A stretch of DNA of 64,000 nucleotides from an uncultured delta proteobacterium (GCA_963808235.1 CAWEEQ010000004.1:3552001-3616000), one strand, 5' to 3'; shown: positions 8,551 through 17,947, counted from the stretch's first letter. Made by a program: numbers and translations. Notes: generated from the sequence alone by a model not told the origin.

Positions 8551-10026
8551 ATGTTCCTGAAACTCGATACAGACGGCGCTCTGTACGATCAGATCTATCG
8601 GGCGATACGCGGACAGATACTCAAGGGGCAGTTGTCAGCGGCGGCGCGGGTTCCGGCAACGCGCGACCTCGCGCTCGAGTTGGGCGTCTCGCGCAACGTC
8701 GCGATAATGGCGTACCGGCAACTGCTCGACGAGGGCTATCTGACTGTGCACAGGGGCGCTGGCACATTTGTCGCGCGCGAACTACCGCGCTCTCTCACAC
8801 AGGTTGCCGCGCGCCGCCGACCGGCGCCGACCCGGACGCTCGCGCCGGTGCATCTGTCGGCATACGCGCGCCGGGTGCGCGAGGCGTCCGCCGGCACGCA
8901 ATTCACCTGGGAGCCGAATCGCGATGTGCTGCCGTACGATTTCCGGTACGGTCCGCCCTCTTTCACCGATTTTCCGCACGAGACATGGTGCCGTGTGATA
9001 GCTCGGCGCGCGCGCCGGGTCACGATTCGCGATCTCGACTACGGAGCGCCGAATGGGTTGCCCGCCTTGCGCGAGGCGATCGCCGACTACGCCGGCCGCG
9101 CGCGCGCGATCGCATGCACGCCCGAACAAGTCCTGGTGGTCAACGGATCGCAACAGGCGCTCGACCTGGCCGCGCGCGTGCTCGTCGATCCCGGCGATGT
9201 CGTGCTCATGGAAGAGCCGCACTATCGAGGCGCGCGCACCGTGATGAGAGCGGCCGGCGCGAAGATCGAAACGATTGCGGTGGACGAGCATGGGCTGCGC
9301 ACCGCGGAACTTGCGCAACGGCGCACCGCCAGCAGACTCGCCATCGTAACGCCGTCGCATCAGTTTCCCACCGGCGCGGTGATGCCGCTCGGGCGGCGCC
9401 TCGAGCTACTGTCATGGGCCCGAGGTTCCGGCGCCTGCATATTCGAGGACGACTACGACAGCGAGTATCGCTACTCCGGCCGGCCGATCGAGGCGCTCGC
9501 GGCGCTAGACGACAGCGGGTGCGTGCTCTATGCGGCAACGTTTTCGAAAGTGATGTTTCCGTCGCTCCGGCTCGGATACATGATCCTTCCTGAGCGGCTC
9601 GTTGAGCCATTGCGATCGGTGAAAGCGTTGATGGACACCGGTGGCCCCAGCCTCGCGCAGGCCGCGCTTGTAGATTTCATTCGCGAGGGCCATTTCGAAC
9701 GACATCTGCATCGGACCCGCACGCGCAATGCGAGTCGGCGCGCCGCGATGCTCGAAGCCATCGAGCGCCACCTGGGCAGTCGCGCACAGGTGTCTGGAAT
9801 CAATGCGGGGCTTCACCTGGTGCTGTGGCTGCGAGATATGCCGGCGTCGAGAGCGCGGGAATTACGAATGCGTACGGCGCGGGCGGGAGTCGGCGTGTAC
9901 TCGGTGGATGCGTTTTATCTCAACCCGCCGAAGCAGGTCGGACTGCTGCTCGGGTACGCGTCGATGCCGGAAAAGCAAATCGCCGAAGGCATCCGCCGCT
10001 TCGCGTCCGTGGTCAATTCACTCTAA
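8551..10026 (+). CDS. MocR/GabR family regulator (GntR HTH plus PLP aminotransferase domain)
   Basis: LYDQIYRAIRGQIL..VPATRDLALELGVSRN; VTPSHQFPTG; EDDYDSEYRY; TFSKVMFPSLRLGY (PLP lysine). Confidence 0.95.
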   Translation: MFLKLDTDGALYDQIYRAIRGQILKGQLSAAARVPATRDLALELGVSRNVAIMAYRQLLDEGYLTVHRGAGTFVARELPRSLTQVAARRRPAPTRTLAPVHLSAYARRVREASAGTQFTWEPNRDVLPYDFRYGPPSFTDFPHETWCRVIARRARRVTIRDLDYGAPNGLPALREAIADYAGRARAIACTPEQVLVVNGSQQALDLAARVLVDPGDVVLMEEPHYRGARTVMRAAGAKIETIAVDEHGLRTAELAQRRTASRLAIVTPSHQFPTGAVMPLGRRLELLSWARGSGACIFEDDYDSEYRYSGRPIEALAALDDSGCVLYAATFSKVMFPSLRLGYMILPERLVEPLRSVKALMDTGGPSLAQAALVDFIREGHFERHLHRTRTRNASRRAAMLEAIERHLGSRAQVSGINAGLHLVLWLRDMPASRARELRMRTARAGVGVYSVDAFYLNPPKQVGLLLGYASMPEKQIAEGIRRFASVVNSL

Positions 10027-10059
10027 GAGCGAATCAGCGGACCGACGTTTCGACTCTCT

Positions 10060-11814
10060 TCAATCGAGCTTGCGCTTGCCGTAATAGGGCAGCGTGGTTT
10101 CGCCACTCGCGTCGGGCTTCGGCTGCTCCTTCGGAGCCTTCGGCGCGCCGGCGCTGTACATCGCCAGCGTCCCCGGTTCGATCACGTCGCGGTCGGTGAC
10201 GATGTTCAAGCAGGCGGGCCGGCCCGACGCGAGCGCGCGCTTGAGCGCCGGCGCAATATCCGCCGCGCGCTCGACGAGTTCGCCTTGTGCGCCGAGACCT
10301 TCTGCCGCGCGCTCGTAATGCACCATCCCGAGCTCGGTCGCCATGTGGCGGCCTTTGCCCCACATGATTTCCTGCCCATGCTTTGACATGCCCCATTGCT
10401 GATCGTTGTTGATCACCACGGAGATCGGCAGGTTGTTCTTCGCGGAGGTATGGAATTCCGAGAAATTAAGTCCCGCCGACCCGTCGCCCACGATGCAGAA
10501 TATCTCGCTGTCAGGATGAGCCGCCTTGCACGCGAGTGCGAACGGGAGCCCGGTTCCGAGGCATCCGAGATAGCCGTGGGTCAGGAATCGCCCGGGATGA
10601 GTCGCGGTCCATGCATTCGACATCCATGCGGCGGTCTCGCCGCCGTCGGCGACTACGATCGCGTCGGGACTCAAAGTTTTCGCGATCTCGTGCACCATCC
10701 GCGCCGGATGAATCGGGCCGGGCCGGTCGCTGAGCGCCTCGTCGAAGCGATGGCGCATCGCATGGCGGACCGCGCTCAAGCGCTCGAGCCATTGCGCGTG
10801 CGGATCGAATCTTTCGTTTTTCGCCGCTTCGATTGCCTGGCGGAGGAACTCGCCGCAATCGGAAACGATGCCGAGTTCAATGTTGCGGTTGCGCCCGATC
10901 TCCTCGGGCTCGATGTCGACCTGGATCACGCGCGCGTCGGCGGGGATCACCGAGTTGCGTCCGCCGGTGAACATCCCGATTCGCGTACCGAGCAAGATCA
11001 CGAGGTCGGCGCTGCCGCCGGTCTGGGCATGGATCGCGGGATGAATCGCGCCGAAGCCGCCGAAGCATAGCGGATGCTCCTCGGAGATCGAGCCGCGCGC
11101 CTTGGAGTTGGTCATCACCGGGGTGTTCGTAAGCTCGGCAAAGCGAGTCAGCTCGGTACCTGCTTGCGCGAACCACACTCCGCCACCGGCGAGGATCGCG
11201 GGACGCTTCGCCTCGCGAAGCCAGCTGAGCGCCTGCACGAGCGCGGCTCTGCCCGGACCCGCCGGCTCCGTCGGCCGATCTTGCGGAAACGCGACTCGTT
11301 CCTCATCAACGCGCGCGAAGAGCACGTCAATCGGCAGTTCCAGAAACACCGGCCCGGGGCGTCCTGAAGTCGCATGGCGGAAGGCGGCGGCCAGGTATTC
11401 GGGAATGCGCTCGGTATGCGTCACGCTGCGCGCCCATTTGGTGATTGGCCGCAGGATGCCCATCTGGTCGACGGCTTGCAGAGGCAATTTGTCATCGTCG
11501 GCGAGAGGACTTCGTCCGGCGATCAAGATCATCGGGATCGAGTCCATGAACGCGTTGGCGACGCCTGTGACTGCGTCGGTGACGCCTGGCCCGGCAGTTA
11601 CGATCGCGACGCCGGGACGCCCCGTCGTGCGCGCCCATCCGTCAGCCATGTGCGCCGCGGCCTGCTCGTGGCGAGTATCGATCACGCGGAAGCCGTGCGC
11701 GCCACAGGCCGCGTAGATCGCATCGAGATGGCCGCCGTGGAGGGTGAAGATCTCGCGGACGCCTTCTCGTTCCAGCGTCCGTACCAGCATCTCGCCGCCG
11801 TCGATCTTTGCCAT
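10060..11814 (-). CDS. ThDP-dependent enzyme, benzaldehyde lyase / 2-hydroxyacyl-CoA lyase-like
   Basis: GGEMLVRTL..IFTLHGGHLDAI..IDTRHEQAAAH, FLTHGYLGCLG, GDGSAG..NND. Closely recalls Pseudomonas benzaldehyde lyase motifs (comparison from memory). Confidence 0.88.
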   Translation of the reverse strand: MAKIDGGEMLVRTLEREGVREIFTLHGGHLDAIYAACGAHGFRVIDTRHEQAAAHMADGWARTTGRPGVAIVTAGPGVTDAVTGVANAFMDSIPMILIAGRSPLADDDKLPLQAVDQMGILRPITKWARSVTHTERIPEYLAAAFRHATSGRPGPVFLELPIDVLFARVDEERVAFPQDRPTEPAGPGRAALVQALSWLREAKRPAILAGGGVWFAQAGTELTRFAELTNTPVMTNSKARGSISEEHPLCFGGFGAIHPAIHAQTGGSADLVILLGTRIGMFTGGRNSVIPADARVIQVDIEPEEIGRNRNIELGIVSDCGEFLRQAIEAAKNERFDPHAQWLERLSAVRHAMRHRFDEALSDRPGPIHPARMVHEIAKTLSPDAIVVADGGETAAWMSNAWTATHPGRFLTHGYLGCLGTGLPFALACKAAHPDSEIFCIVGDGSAGLNFSEFHTSAKNNLPISVVINNDQQWGMSKHGQEIMWGKGRHMATELGMVHYERAAEGLGAQGELVERAADIAPALKRALASGRPACLNIVTDRDVIEPGTLAMYSAGAPKAPKEQPKPDASGETTLPYYGKRKLD

Positions 11815-11997
11815 TGGCGTATCTCCTGTCCCGAGCCACGCCCGCGATACTGCGAGCTATTTGTGCTGGACCATGATGCTGGACACTATAAGTCCGTCAC
11901 AGTTCCCGTACCAGCCACGCACTCAGCGGACTTTCAGCATCGAATCGCAAGGTGTTAGGCTTTCTAATTGCGCTGTTAACTGTCCACTGGTCCCATC

Positions 11998-13431
11998 ATG
12001 TCATTCAACGAATATGCCTCCTTCGACGGCCTGGCCTTGGGCCGCATGGTGCGCGAGCGCGAGGTTACGCCGGCTGAGCTGATGGACGCGGCTATTGCGC
12101 GCGCGGAAAAGCACAACGCAAAGCTCAATGCGATCGTCTTCAAGGACTACGATCGCGCGCGAGCCGCCGCGTCTCAGCACAAGGCCGGTAATGCGCCGTT
12201 CGCAGGCGTGCCGCTACTGCTCAAGGACATCATGGGCGACTGCGCGGGGATGCCGACGCGGTCGGCGTGCGCATTTGTTCCAGCCACGCCGATGCAGCTG
12301 GACTCGGAGTTGGTGGCCCGCTACAAGCGCGCAGGCTTTATCCCCTTCGCCAAGACCAACGCGCCCGAATTGGGAATTCCCCCCGTGACGGAGTCACGTC
12401 TGTACGGGCCGGCGCGCAATCCGTGGAACCTCGAGCATACGCCGGGTGGCTCCAGCGGCGGCTCAGCGGCTGCGGTTGCGGCAGGGATCGTGCCCGTCGC
12501 ACACGGCAACGACGGCGGCGGATCGATTCGAATTCCCGCGTCGTGCTGCGGATTGGTCGGTCTCAAGCCGACCCGCGGGCGCATCTCGCTCGCGCCAAAT
12601 CTCGGCGACATCCTGGGCGGTTTCATCGTCGAGCACGTGCTCAGCAGGACCGTTCGCGACAGCGCGGCCGCACTCGACGCGACCGCCGGCCCGATGCCCG
12701 GCGATCCGTACTTCGCGCAGCCGCCTGTCCGGCCCTATCTGCAAGAATCGTCGACGCCGCCCAAGGGGCTGCGAATTGCATTCTCGACCGAGAATCCGCT
12801 CGGTGGCAGGATTCATCCGGACTGCGTCGAGGCGACGAAACACGCGGCCAAGCTGTGCGCCGGGCTCGGTCATGAAGTCGAAGAGGCGACACCGCAACTC
12901 AACTACCAAATGCTCGCGCAACTGTTCGAAATCGTTTACTCGAGCGGAGTGGCGCTGTCGATCGAGGCGACGCGGATGCTGACCGGCGCCGAACCGACGC
13001 CGGACAAGTTCGAGACCTTCACCTGGAACATGTACCAGCGCGGGCGGCAGGTATCTGCGACGCAATATCTGATCGCGCAGGCGCTGCTTCAACAGGCCTC
13101 GCGCCAGTTTGCGGCGTTCTTCGAATCACATGATCTGCTCCTGACGCCCACCCTGGGTCAGCCGCCGCTTCGAATCGGCACGATCGATTTCATGAGTCCG
13201 GCCACGACGCTGCTCGACGAGAAGTTGACGAATTTTGCGGTGGCCTGCCCGGTTTACAACATCACCGGGCAGCCGGCGATCTCGTTACCGCTCTATTGGA
13301 GCCGTGAGGGCCTGCCGATCGGAGTGATGTTCGGCGGGCGCTACGGCGACGAAGCGACGCTGATCCAACTCGCGGGCCAGCTCGAACAAGCCGCGCCGTG
13401 GATCGGTCGCAAGCCGCCGGTTTGGGATTGA
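11998..13431 (+). CDS. Amidase signature family enzyme
   Basis: [48 protein letters not shown]. Confidence 0.95.
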   Translation: MSFNEYASFDGLALGRMVREREVTPAELMDAAIARAEKHNAKLNAIVFKDYDRARAAASQHKAGNAPFAGVPLLLKDIMGDCAGMPTRSACAFVPATPMQLDSELVARYKRAGFIPFAKTNAPELGIPPVTESRLYGPARNPWNLEHTPGGSSGGSAAAVAAGIVPVAHGNDGGGSIRIPASCCGLVGLKPTRGRISLAPNLGDILGGFIVEHVLSRTVRDSAAALDATAGPMPGDPYFAQPPVRPYLQESSTPPKGLRIAFSTENPLGGRIHPDCVEATKHAAKLCAGLGHEVEEATPQLNYQMLAQLFEIVYSSGVALSIEATRMLTGAEPTPDKFETFTWNMYQRGRQVSATQYLIAQALLQQASRQFAAFFESHDLLLTPTLGQPPLRIGTIDFMSPATTLLDEKLTNFAVACPVYNITGQPAISLPLYWSREGLPIGVMFGGRYGDEATLIQLAGQLEQAAPWIGRKPPVWD

Positions 13432-14048
13432 ACGTTCAATTGAAAATCGTGAGGCTCCCCAGCGCGGAGATTCCCACCGCCGCGGCGACGCTCGCGCGCG
13501 CGTTCCACGACGATCCGCTGATGGTCTACGCTATTCCCGACCCGGCGGAACGCAGGCGGCTGCTGCCTGAAGTGTACGCGAGGATGATCCGCTTCGGCGC
13601 GCTCACAGGCGAAGTGTATGCGACCGCGGACGCAGTCGAAGGCGTCGCGGTCTGGCTGCCGCCGAATGCAAAGTGGACGCGCGAGAATATCGAAGCGTCG
13701 GGGATGCACGAGACGGCGTCGCTTATCGGTAACGACGCGTATCAGCGCTATCGCGACGTGGTCGGACGCGAATGGCAGGCGCGCGAGCGCGACATGACCG
13801 CCGCTTGCTGGTACCTGTTCCTGATCGGCGTCGAGCCGAACCGCCAGCGGCGCGGGCTCGGTAACGCGATGATGCGCCCCGTGGTAGCGCGCGCGGACGC
13901 CGAGAATCTCGCTTGCTATCTCGAGACCGAGAACCAGCGCAACGTCGCGTTCTATCTCAAACAGGGCTTCGATATGATCGTGAACGGCGAAGAGGCCGGC
14001 ACAAGCGGCGTCCGCTTCTGGACTTTTTGCCGCACGGCAAAACACTGA
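13428..14048 (+). CDS. GNAT family N-acetyltransferase
   Basis: WYLFLIGVEPNRQRRGLG, YLETENQRNVAFYLKQGF; TTGA overlap with the amidase stop. Confidence 0.88.
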   Translation: MNVQLKIVRLPSAEIPTAAATLARAFHDDPLMVYAIPDPAERRRLLPEVYARMIRFGALTGEVYATADAVEGVAVWLPPNAKWTRENIEASGMHETASLIGNDAYQRYRDVVGREWQARERDMTAACWYLFLIGVEPNRQRRGLGNAMMRPVVARADAENLACYLETENQRNVAFYLKQGFDMIVNGEEAGTSGVRFWTFCRTAKH

Positions 14049-14077
14049 ACGGCAATCGACGAACTGCGAGCAACACG

Positions 14078-15124
14078 ATGGCAAATGAAAGCGGCCTCGG
14101 CGCAGTCGAGGTGAAAAGTTTCTCGACGAAAAACTTCTCTCTTCAAAGCGGCGCGGTCCTGCCCGAGCTAAAGCTCGCGTACGAAACCTATGGAACTCTC
14201 GCGGCGAACGGACGCAACGCGATTCTCCTCACCCACGGATACACGTCGAGCCAGCACGCGGCTGGACTCGATGCGAATGGCGAACCGGGATGGTGGGACG
14301 GACTGGTTGGGCCGGGCAAGGCGATCGACACCAGCAAGTATTTCGTCGTGTCATCGAACATGCTCGGCTCGTCGTTCGGCTCGACCGCGCCCGCGAGCTT
14401 CAATCCGAAAACCGGCAAGCCTTATGGACCGGATTTTCCGGAGTACACACTGGTCGACATCGTCACCGCACAGCGCGCGATGCTCGATTCGGTCGGGGTG
14501 AAGCACCTGGTCGCGGTCGCGGGAATTTCGTTCGGCGGCTACCAGGCGTTTCAATGGGGTGTCACGTTTCCCGACGCGATGCGCGGAATCGTCCCGGTAG
14601 TCACCAGTCCCAGTGCGACCGACGGCGAGCGGATGGTTGCCGACTTGCGGGCGCGGTTTGCCGAGGCTCCCGGATGGAACCGCGGGCATCATTACGGCAA
14701 CTCGGAGATGCTTGGCTTCATGACGGAACTGCGGGTTGCAACGCTCAAGCGCTACGGTATCGAAGCTGAGCTTGCCCCAAGGTTTCCCGATCCGGCCAGG
14801 CGTGACGCGGTAATCCATCAGCTGGCGGAAAAATGGGCGAAGATCTTCGATCCCAATTCGTTGATTGCGCTGGCGCAGGCGCGCTCGCATTACAACGCCG
14901 AGAAGGACTTCGCGAAGATCCGCGCTAAAGTGCTCTACGTGCTGTCACGCACTGACAAACTTTTTCCGCCGAGCATCGCGCCGGCGGTGATGGCGAAACT
15001 GAAGGCGGCTGGAGTCGATGCGACTTACTTCGAGATCGACAGCGACAAGGGTCATCTAGCGAGCGGCGCCGACTGGGACAAGTGGGATCGCGTGTTACGC
15101 GACTTTCTAAAGCGCCTCGAATAA
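14078..15124 (+). CDS. Homoserine O-acetyltransferase (MetX)-like alpha/beta hydrolase
   Basis: LKLAYETYGTL, GWWDGLVGPGKAIDT, GISFGG nucleophile elbow, D..FPP, GH. Divergent from canonical MetX (GGSMGG). Confidence 0.82.
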   Translation: MANESGLGAVEVKSFSTKNFSLQSGAVLPELKLAYETYGTLAANGRNAILLTHGYTSSQHAAGLDANGEPGWWDGLVGPGKAIDTSKYFVVSSNMLGSSFGSTAPASFNPKTGKPYGPDFPEYTLVDIVTAQRAMLDSVGVKHLVAVAGISFGGYQAFQWGVTFPDAMRGIVPVVTSPSATDGERMVADLRARFAEAPGWNRGHHYGNSEMLGFMTELRVATLKRYGIEAELAPRFPDPARRDAVIHQLAEKWAKIFDPNSLIALAQARSHYNAEKDFAKIRAKVLYVLSRTDKLFPPSIAPAVMAKLKAAGVDATYFEIDSDKGHLASGADWDKWDRVLRDFLKRLE

Positions 15125-15209
15125 GCCGGATTTCGTGCGCGGAGAGTCGGGCCCGATACTGTGGGCGACCGCCTCGGATACAGATACAATCGTAAGTGGA
15201 GAAGCTGCC

Positions 15210-16403
15210 ATGGGAAATGCCGCCGCAACCCTCGACGTTCGCGAGCGCTCCGACGCCCGAAGCGTCGCGGCAGCGCGCATCGCTTCAATTCCTTGGTACG
15301 TATGGTGTCTGGCCGCGGCCCCGGCTGCCGACTTGTTCGGCGGCTACTGGGACATTTCGTGGCATATCTCGATCGGCCGCGACACTTTCTGGACTCCTGC
15401 ACACATGATGATCTATCTCGCGGGAGTGCTGGCCGGAATCGCCAGCGGCTACGCGATACTGTCCACCACCTTCGGCACTTCGCAGGAAGCAAAGGACGCG
15501 AGCATCTCGGTGTGGGGATTTCGCGGGCCGCTAGGATGTTTCATGGCAGCGTGGGGCGGATTTGCGATGCTGACCTCGGCACCGTTCGACAACTGGTGGC
15601 ACAACGCATACGGGCTCGACGTCAAGATAGTCAGCTTGCCGCACTCGATGCTGGGCATGGGCGAGCTCATGATCGAGCTTGGCGCGATGCTGCTGGTGAG
15701 CGCGCATCTGAATCGCGCGGCGGGCGCTTATCAGCGCAAGCTCGACTGGCTCCTGCTCGCAATCGGCGGCATCGTCGTGGCTGGCTCCGCGCTCTTCATC
15801 CTTGAATCGACGCCGATGGAACTCATGCACAACTCGGAGTTCTATCGCGCGGTGGCAATCGCGTTCCCCGTCGGGTTGATCGCGATATCGGTGGTCTCGA
15901 AGAACCGATGGCCGGCGACCACGATGGCCGCCATCTACACAGCCCTGTTTCTGGCGGGGCTGTGGCTCTTCCCGCTCTTCCCCGCAGCGCCCAAGCTCGG
16001 CCCGGTCTATCAGAACATCACGCACATGGTGCCGCTGTGGTTCCCGGTGCTGGTGATTGCGCCCGCATTCGCACTCGATCTGCTGCGCGCCCGGATGGGC
16101 GAGGATTGGGGCGGCTGGAAATCCGCGCTCGCGGCCGGTTGTGTTTTCATCGCGGCATTCGTCGCGGCGCAATGGCCATTTGCGGACTTCCTGATCTCGC
16201 CGGCCGCGCGCAATCCGATCTTCGGCGCCAACTATTTCGGATTTTTCGATCCCGCCGTTCTGCTCTACAACCCCTACCATTTCGCGCTAGACCCGACTTC
16301 TGCCGCATTCGCGAAGGGAATGGCGCTCGCGCTCGTGATGTCGATCATCTTCTGCTCGCTCGGGATGGCACTGGGCAACTGGATGCGCACTGTGCGGCGC
16401 TGA
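15210..16403 (+). CDS. Polytopic membrane protein; putative PmoC/AmoC-PmoA/AmoA-like fusion with two copper-site motifs
   Basis: DISWHISIGRDTFWTPAH (DxxxH-x12-H) and DNWWHNAYGLDVKIVSLPH (DxxxH-x13-H); C-terminal half has PmoA-like FP..PA..LD and QWP segments; GGAG RBS. The CDS itself is certain; the CuMMO assignment is inference. Confidence 0.7.
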   Translation: MGNAAATLDVRERSDARSVAAARIASIPWYVWCLAAAPAADLFGGYWDISWHISIGRDTFWTPAHMMIYLAGVLAGIASGYAILSTTFGTSQEAKDASISVWGFRGPLGCFMAAWGGFAMLTSAPFDNWWHNAYGLDVKIVSLPHSMLGMGELMIELGAMLLVSAHLNRAAGAYQRKLDWLLLAIGGIVVAGSALFILESTPMELMHNSEFYRAVAIAFPVGLIAISVVSKNRWPATTMAAIYTALFLAGLWLFPLFPAAPKLGPVYQNITHMVPLWFPVLVIAPAFALDLLRARMGEDWGGWKSALAAGCVFIAAFVAAQWPFADFLISPAARNPIFGANYFGFFDPAVLLYNPYHFALDPTSAAFAKGMALALVMSIIFCSLGMALGNWMRTVRR

Positions 16404-16423
16404 CGCGCGCCGATCTCTCCCCG

Positions 16424-17947
16424 ATGCTGCCCGCATCGTGCACAACTGTCGTGCGCCGCGCCGCGATGCTCGCGGTCGCCTTGCTATTGCTCGCCAGTCT
16501 CGCCGATGCGCACGTCGGCAGTCCCAACGTTTTTTACGAAGGCGATGCGGGCCCGTATCATCTGTTCGTGACGGTCAACGTTCCCGCGGTGATCCCCGGC
16601 GTTGCCGACGTGCAGATTCGATCCGACTCTGACGACGTGCGACAGGTCAGCACCGCGGTGACCCGGCTGGCGGGCGCGGGTTCGAAATATGCTCCGGTCC
16701 CGGACATCGCACAGCGCTCGCCAATCGAGCCGCATCTTTTCACCTCGAGCTTGTGGCTGATGGAGTACGGTTCGATGCGGGTGCTGATCAACGTCAGCGG
16801 CACGCACGGTGCGGCGCAATTGTCGGTGCCGGTGCCGTCGGCGGCACGCGTGATGCTCCCGATGCCGCCGGCACTGGGCGCATTGTTGCTGGCGCTCGCG
16901 ATAGGTCTCGCACTCGGGGCGATCTCGATCGTGGGCGGCGCGGCCCGCGAATCGCGCCTCGCTCCGGGCGCTCCCGTCACGCCGGAGCTCAGGCGGCGCG
17001 GATGGCGCGCGATGGCGATAGTGGGAGTCGTCACGGCGGCAATCTTCTATCTCGCGTTTGCGTGGTGGGACTTCGACGCACAGAACTACGCCGCGATTAC
17101 CAATGTCTTCAAGCCGCCGAAGCTTTCGCTGACCCTTGTAGACCGAAATCGCCTCGCGATTCGCCCGTCGCCTGCGGATCAGGATTGGCTGCGGTTGAAG
17201 GTTATGGATCGCCTCGTGCCCGACCACGGCCATCTGATGCACTTCTTCCTCGTGCGCAAGCCCGCGCTCGACCGCATCTGGCATTTGCATCCGGTTCGCG
17301 AGCCCGATGGCTCATTCGTCGCCGCGCTCCCGTCGCTCGAACCCGGCCTCTACAGCGCGTTCGCCGATATCGTCAGCCAAAATGGATTTCCATGGACGCT
17401 GGTCGGCTCGATCGACTTGCCGCAGGTAAGCGGTGCGCCGCTAAGCTGTGACGACTCCGGCGGCATAGCACCTCCGCTCACGTCGTCATCGGATTCCACC
17501 CTCGATGCTCTTAGTGACGGCACGCGCGTGGTGTGGCATCGTGATGGCGCCGCACTACGCGCGAATGCGCCGATGATCCTGCGCTTCGAAGTGCAGGATC
17601 AGAGTGGCAAGCCCGCGGCCGACCTCGAGCCGTATATGGGAATGGCGGCGCACGCCGAGATCGTCAGCTCCGATATGCAGGTGTTCGCGCACATCCATCC
17701 GTCGGGATCGGTTCCGATGGCGGCCCTGATGATGGCCGGCGCCGACTCTGGTATGACGCCTGATTCGATGGCGGGTATGAATATGAGCGGCATGAACATG
17801 ACTGCGAGCGCAAATGCCGCCACAAGAATCTCGCCCGAGCTTTCGATTCCCTACGGCTTTCCCAAGCCAGGCCACTACCGGATTTTTCTACAGTTCAAAC
17901 GCGTGGGCAAAATTGAGACCGCGTACTTCGATGCCGCGGTAAACTGA
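16424..17947 (+). CDS. Secreted, membrane-anchored His/Met-rich putative copper-binding protein with PmoB-like architecture
   Basis: Signal peptide ending ADA|H, beta-rich domain, two TM helices, then domains with PDHGHLMH..WHLHP and PYMGMAAH..AHIHP and a Met-rich linker. Start 16424 or 16466; the 15908 start in the ORF track overlaps the previous gene. Confidence 0.7.
   Translation: MLPASCTTVVRRAAMLAVALLLLASLADAHVGSPNVFYEGDAGPYHLFVTVNVPAVIPGVADVQIRSDSDDVRQVSTAVTRLAGAGSKYAPVPDIAQRSPIEPHLFTSSLWLMEYGSMRVLINVSGTHGAAQLSVPVPSAARVMLPMPPALGALLLALAIGLALGAISIVGGAARESRLAPGAPVTPELRRRGWRAMAIVGVVTAAIFYLAFAWWDFDAQNYAAITNVFKPPKLSLTLVDRNRLAIRPSPADQDWLRLKVMDRLVPDHGHLMHFFLVRKPALDRIWHLHPVREPDGSFVAALPSLEPGLYSAFADIVSQNGFPWTLVGSIDLPQVSGAPLSCDDSGGIAPPLTSSSDSTLDALSDGTRVVWHRDGAALRANAPMILRFEVQDQSGKPAADLEPYMGMAAHAEIVSSDMQVFAHIHPSGSVPMAALMMAGADSGMTPDSMAGMNMSGMNMTASANAATRISPELSIPYGFPKPGHYRIFLQFKRVGKIETAYFDAAVN

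Noticed and set aside
14078-15124. Assigning the symbol metX
   Set aside because: The fold is MetX-like but signature motifs diverge and no methionine biosynthesis genes are adjacent.
15908-16423. N-terminal extension of the 679-aa ORF
   Set aside because: It overlaps the upstream membrane-protein gene in another frame and is Arg/Gly-rich shadow sequence. The signal peptide begins at 16424-16466.
15210-17947. Calling the locus a bona fide pmoCAB/amoCAB methane or ammonia monooxygenase
   Set aside because: Similarity is limited to motifs and architecture, C and A appear fused, and the canonical CuB HxH is absent. Substrate cannot be inferred from the sequence.
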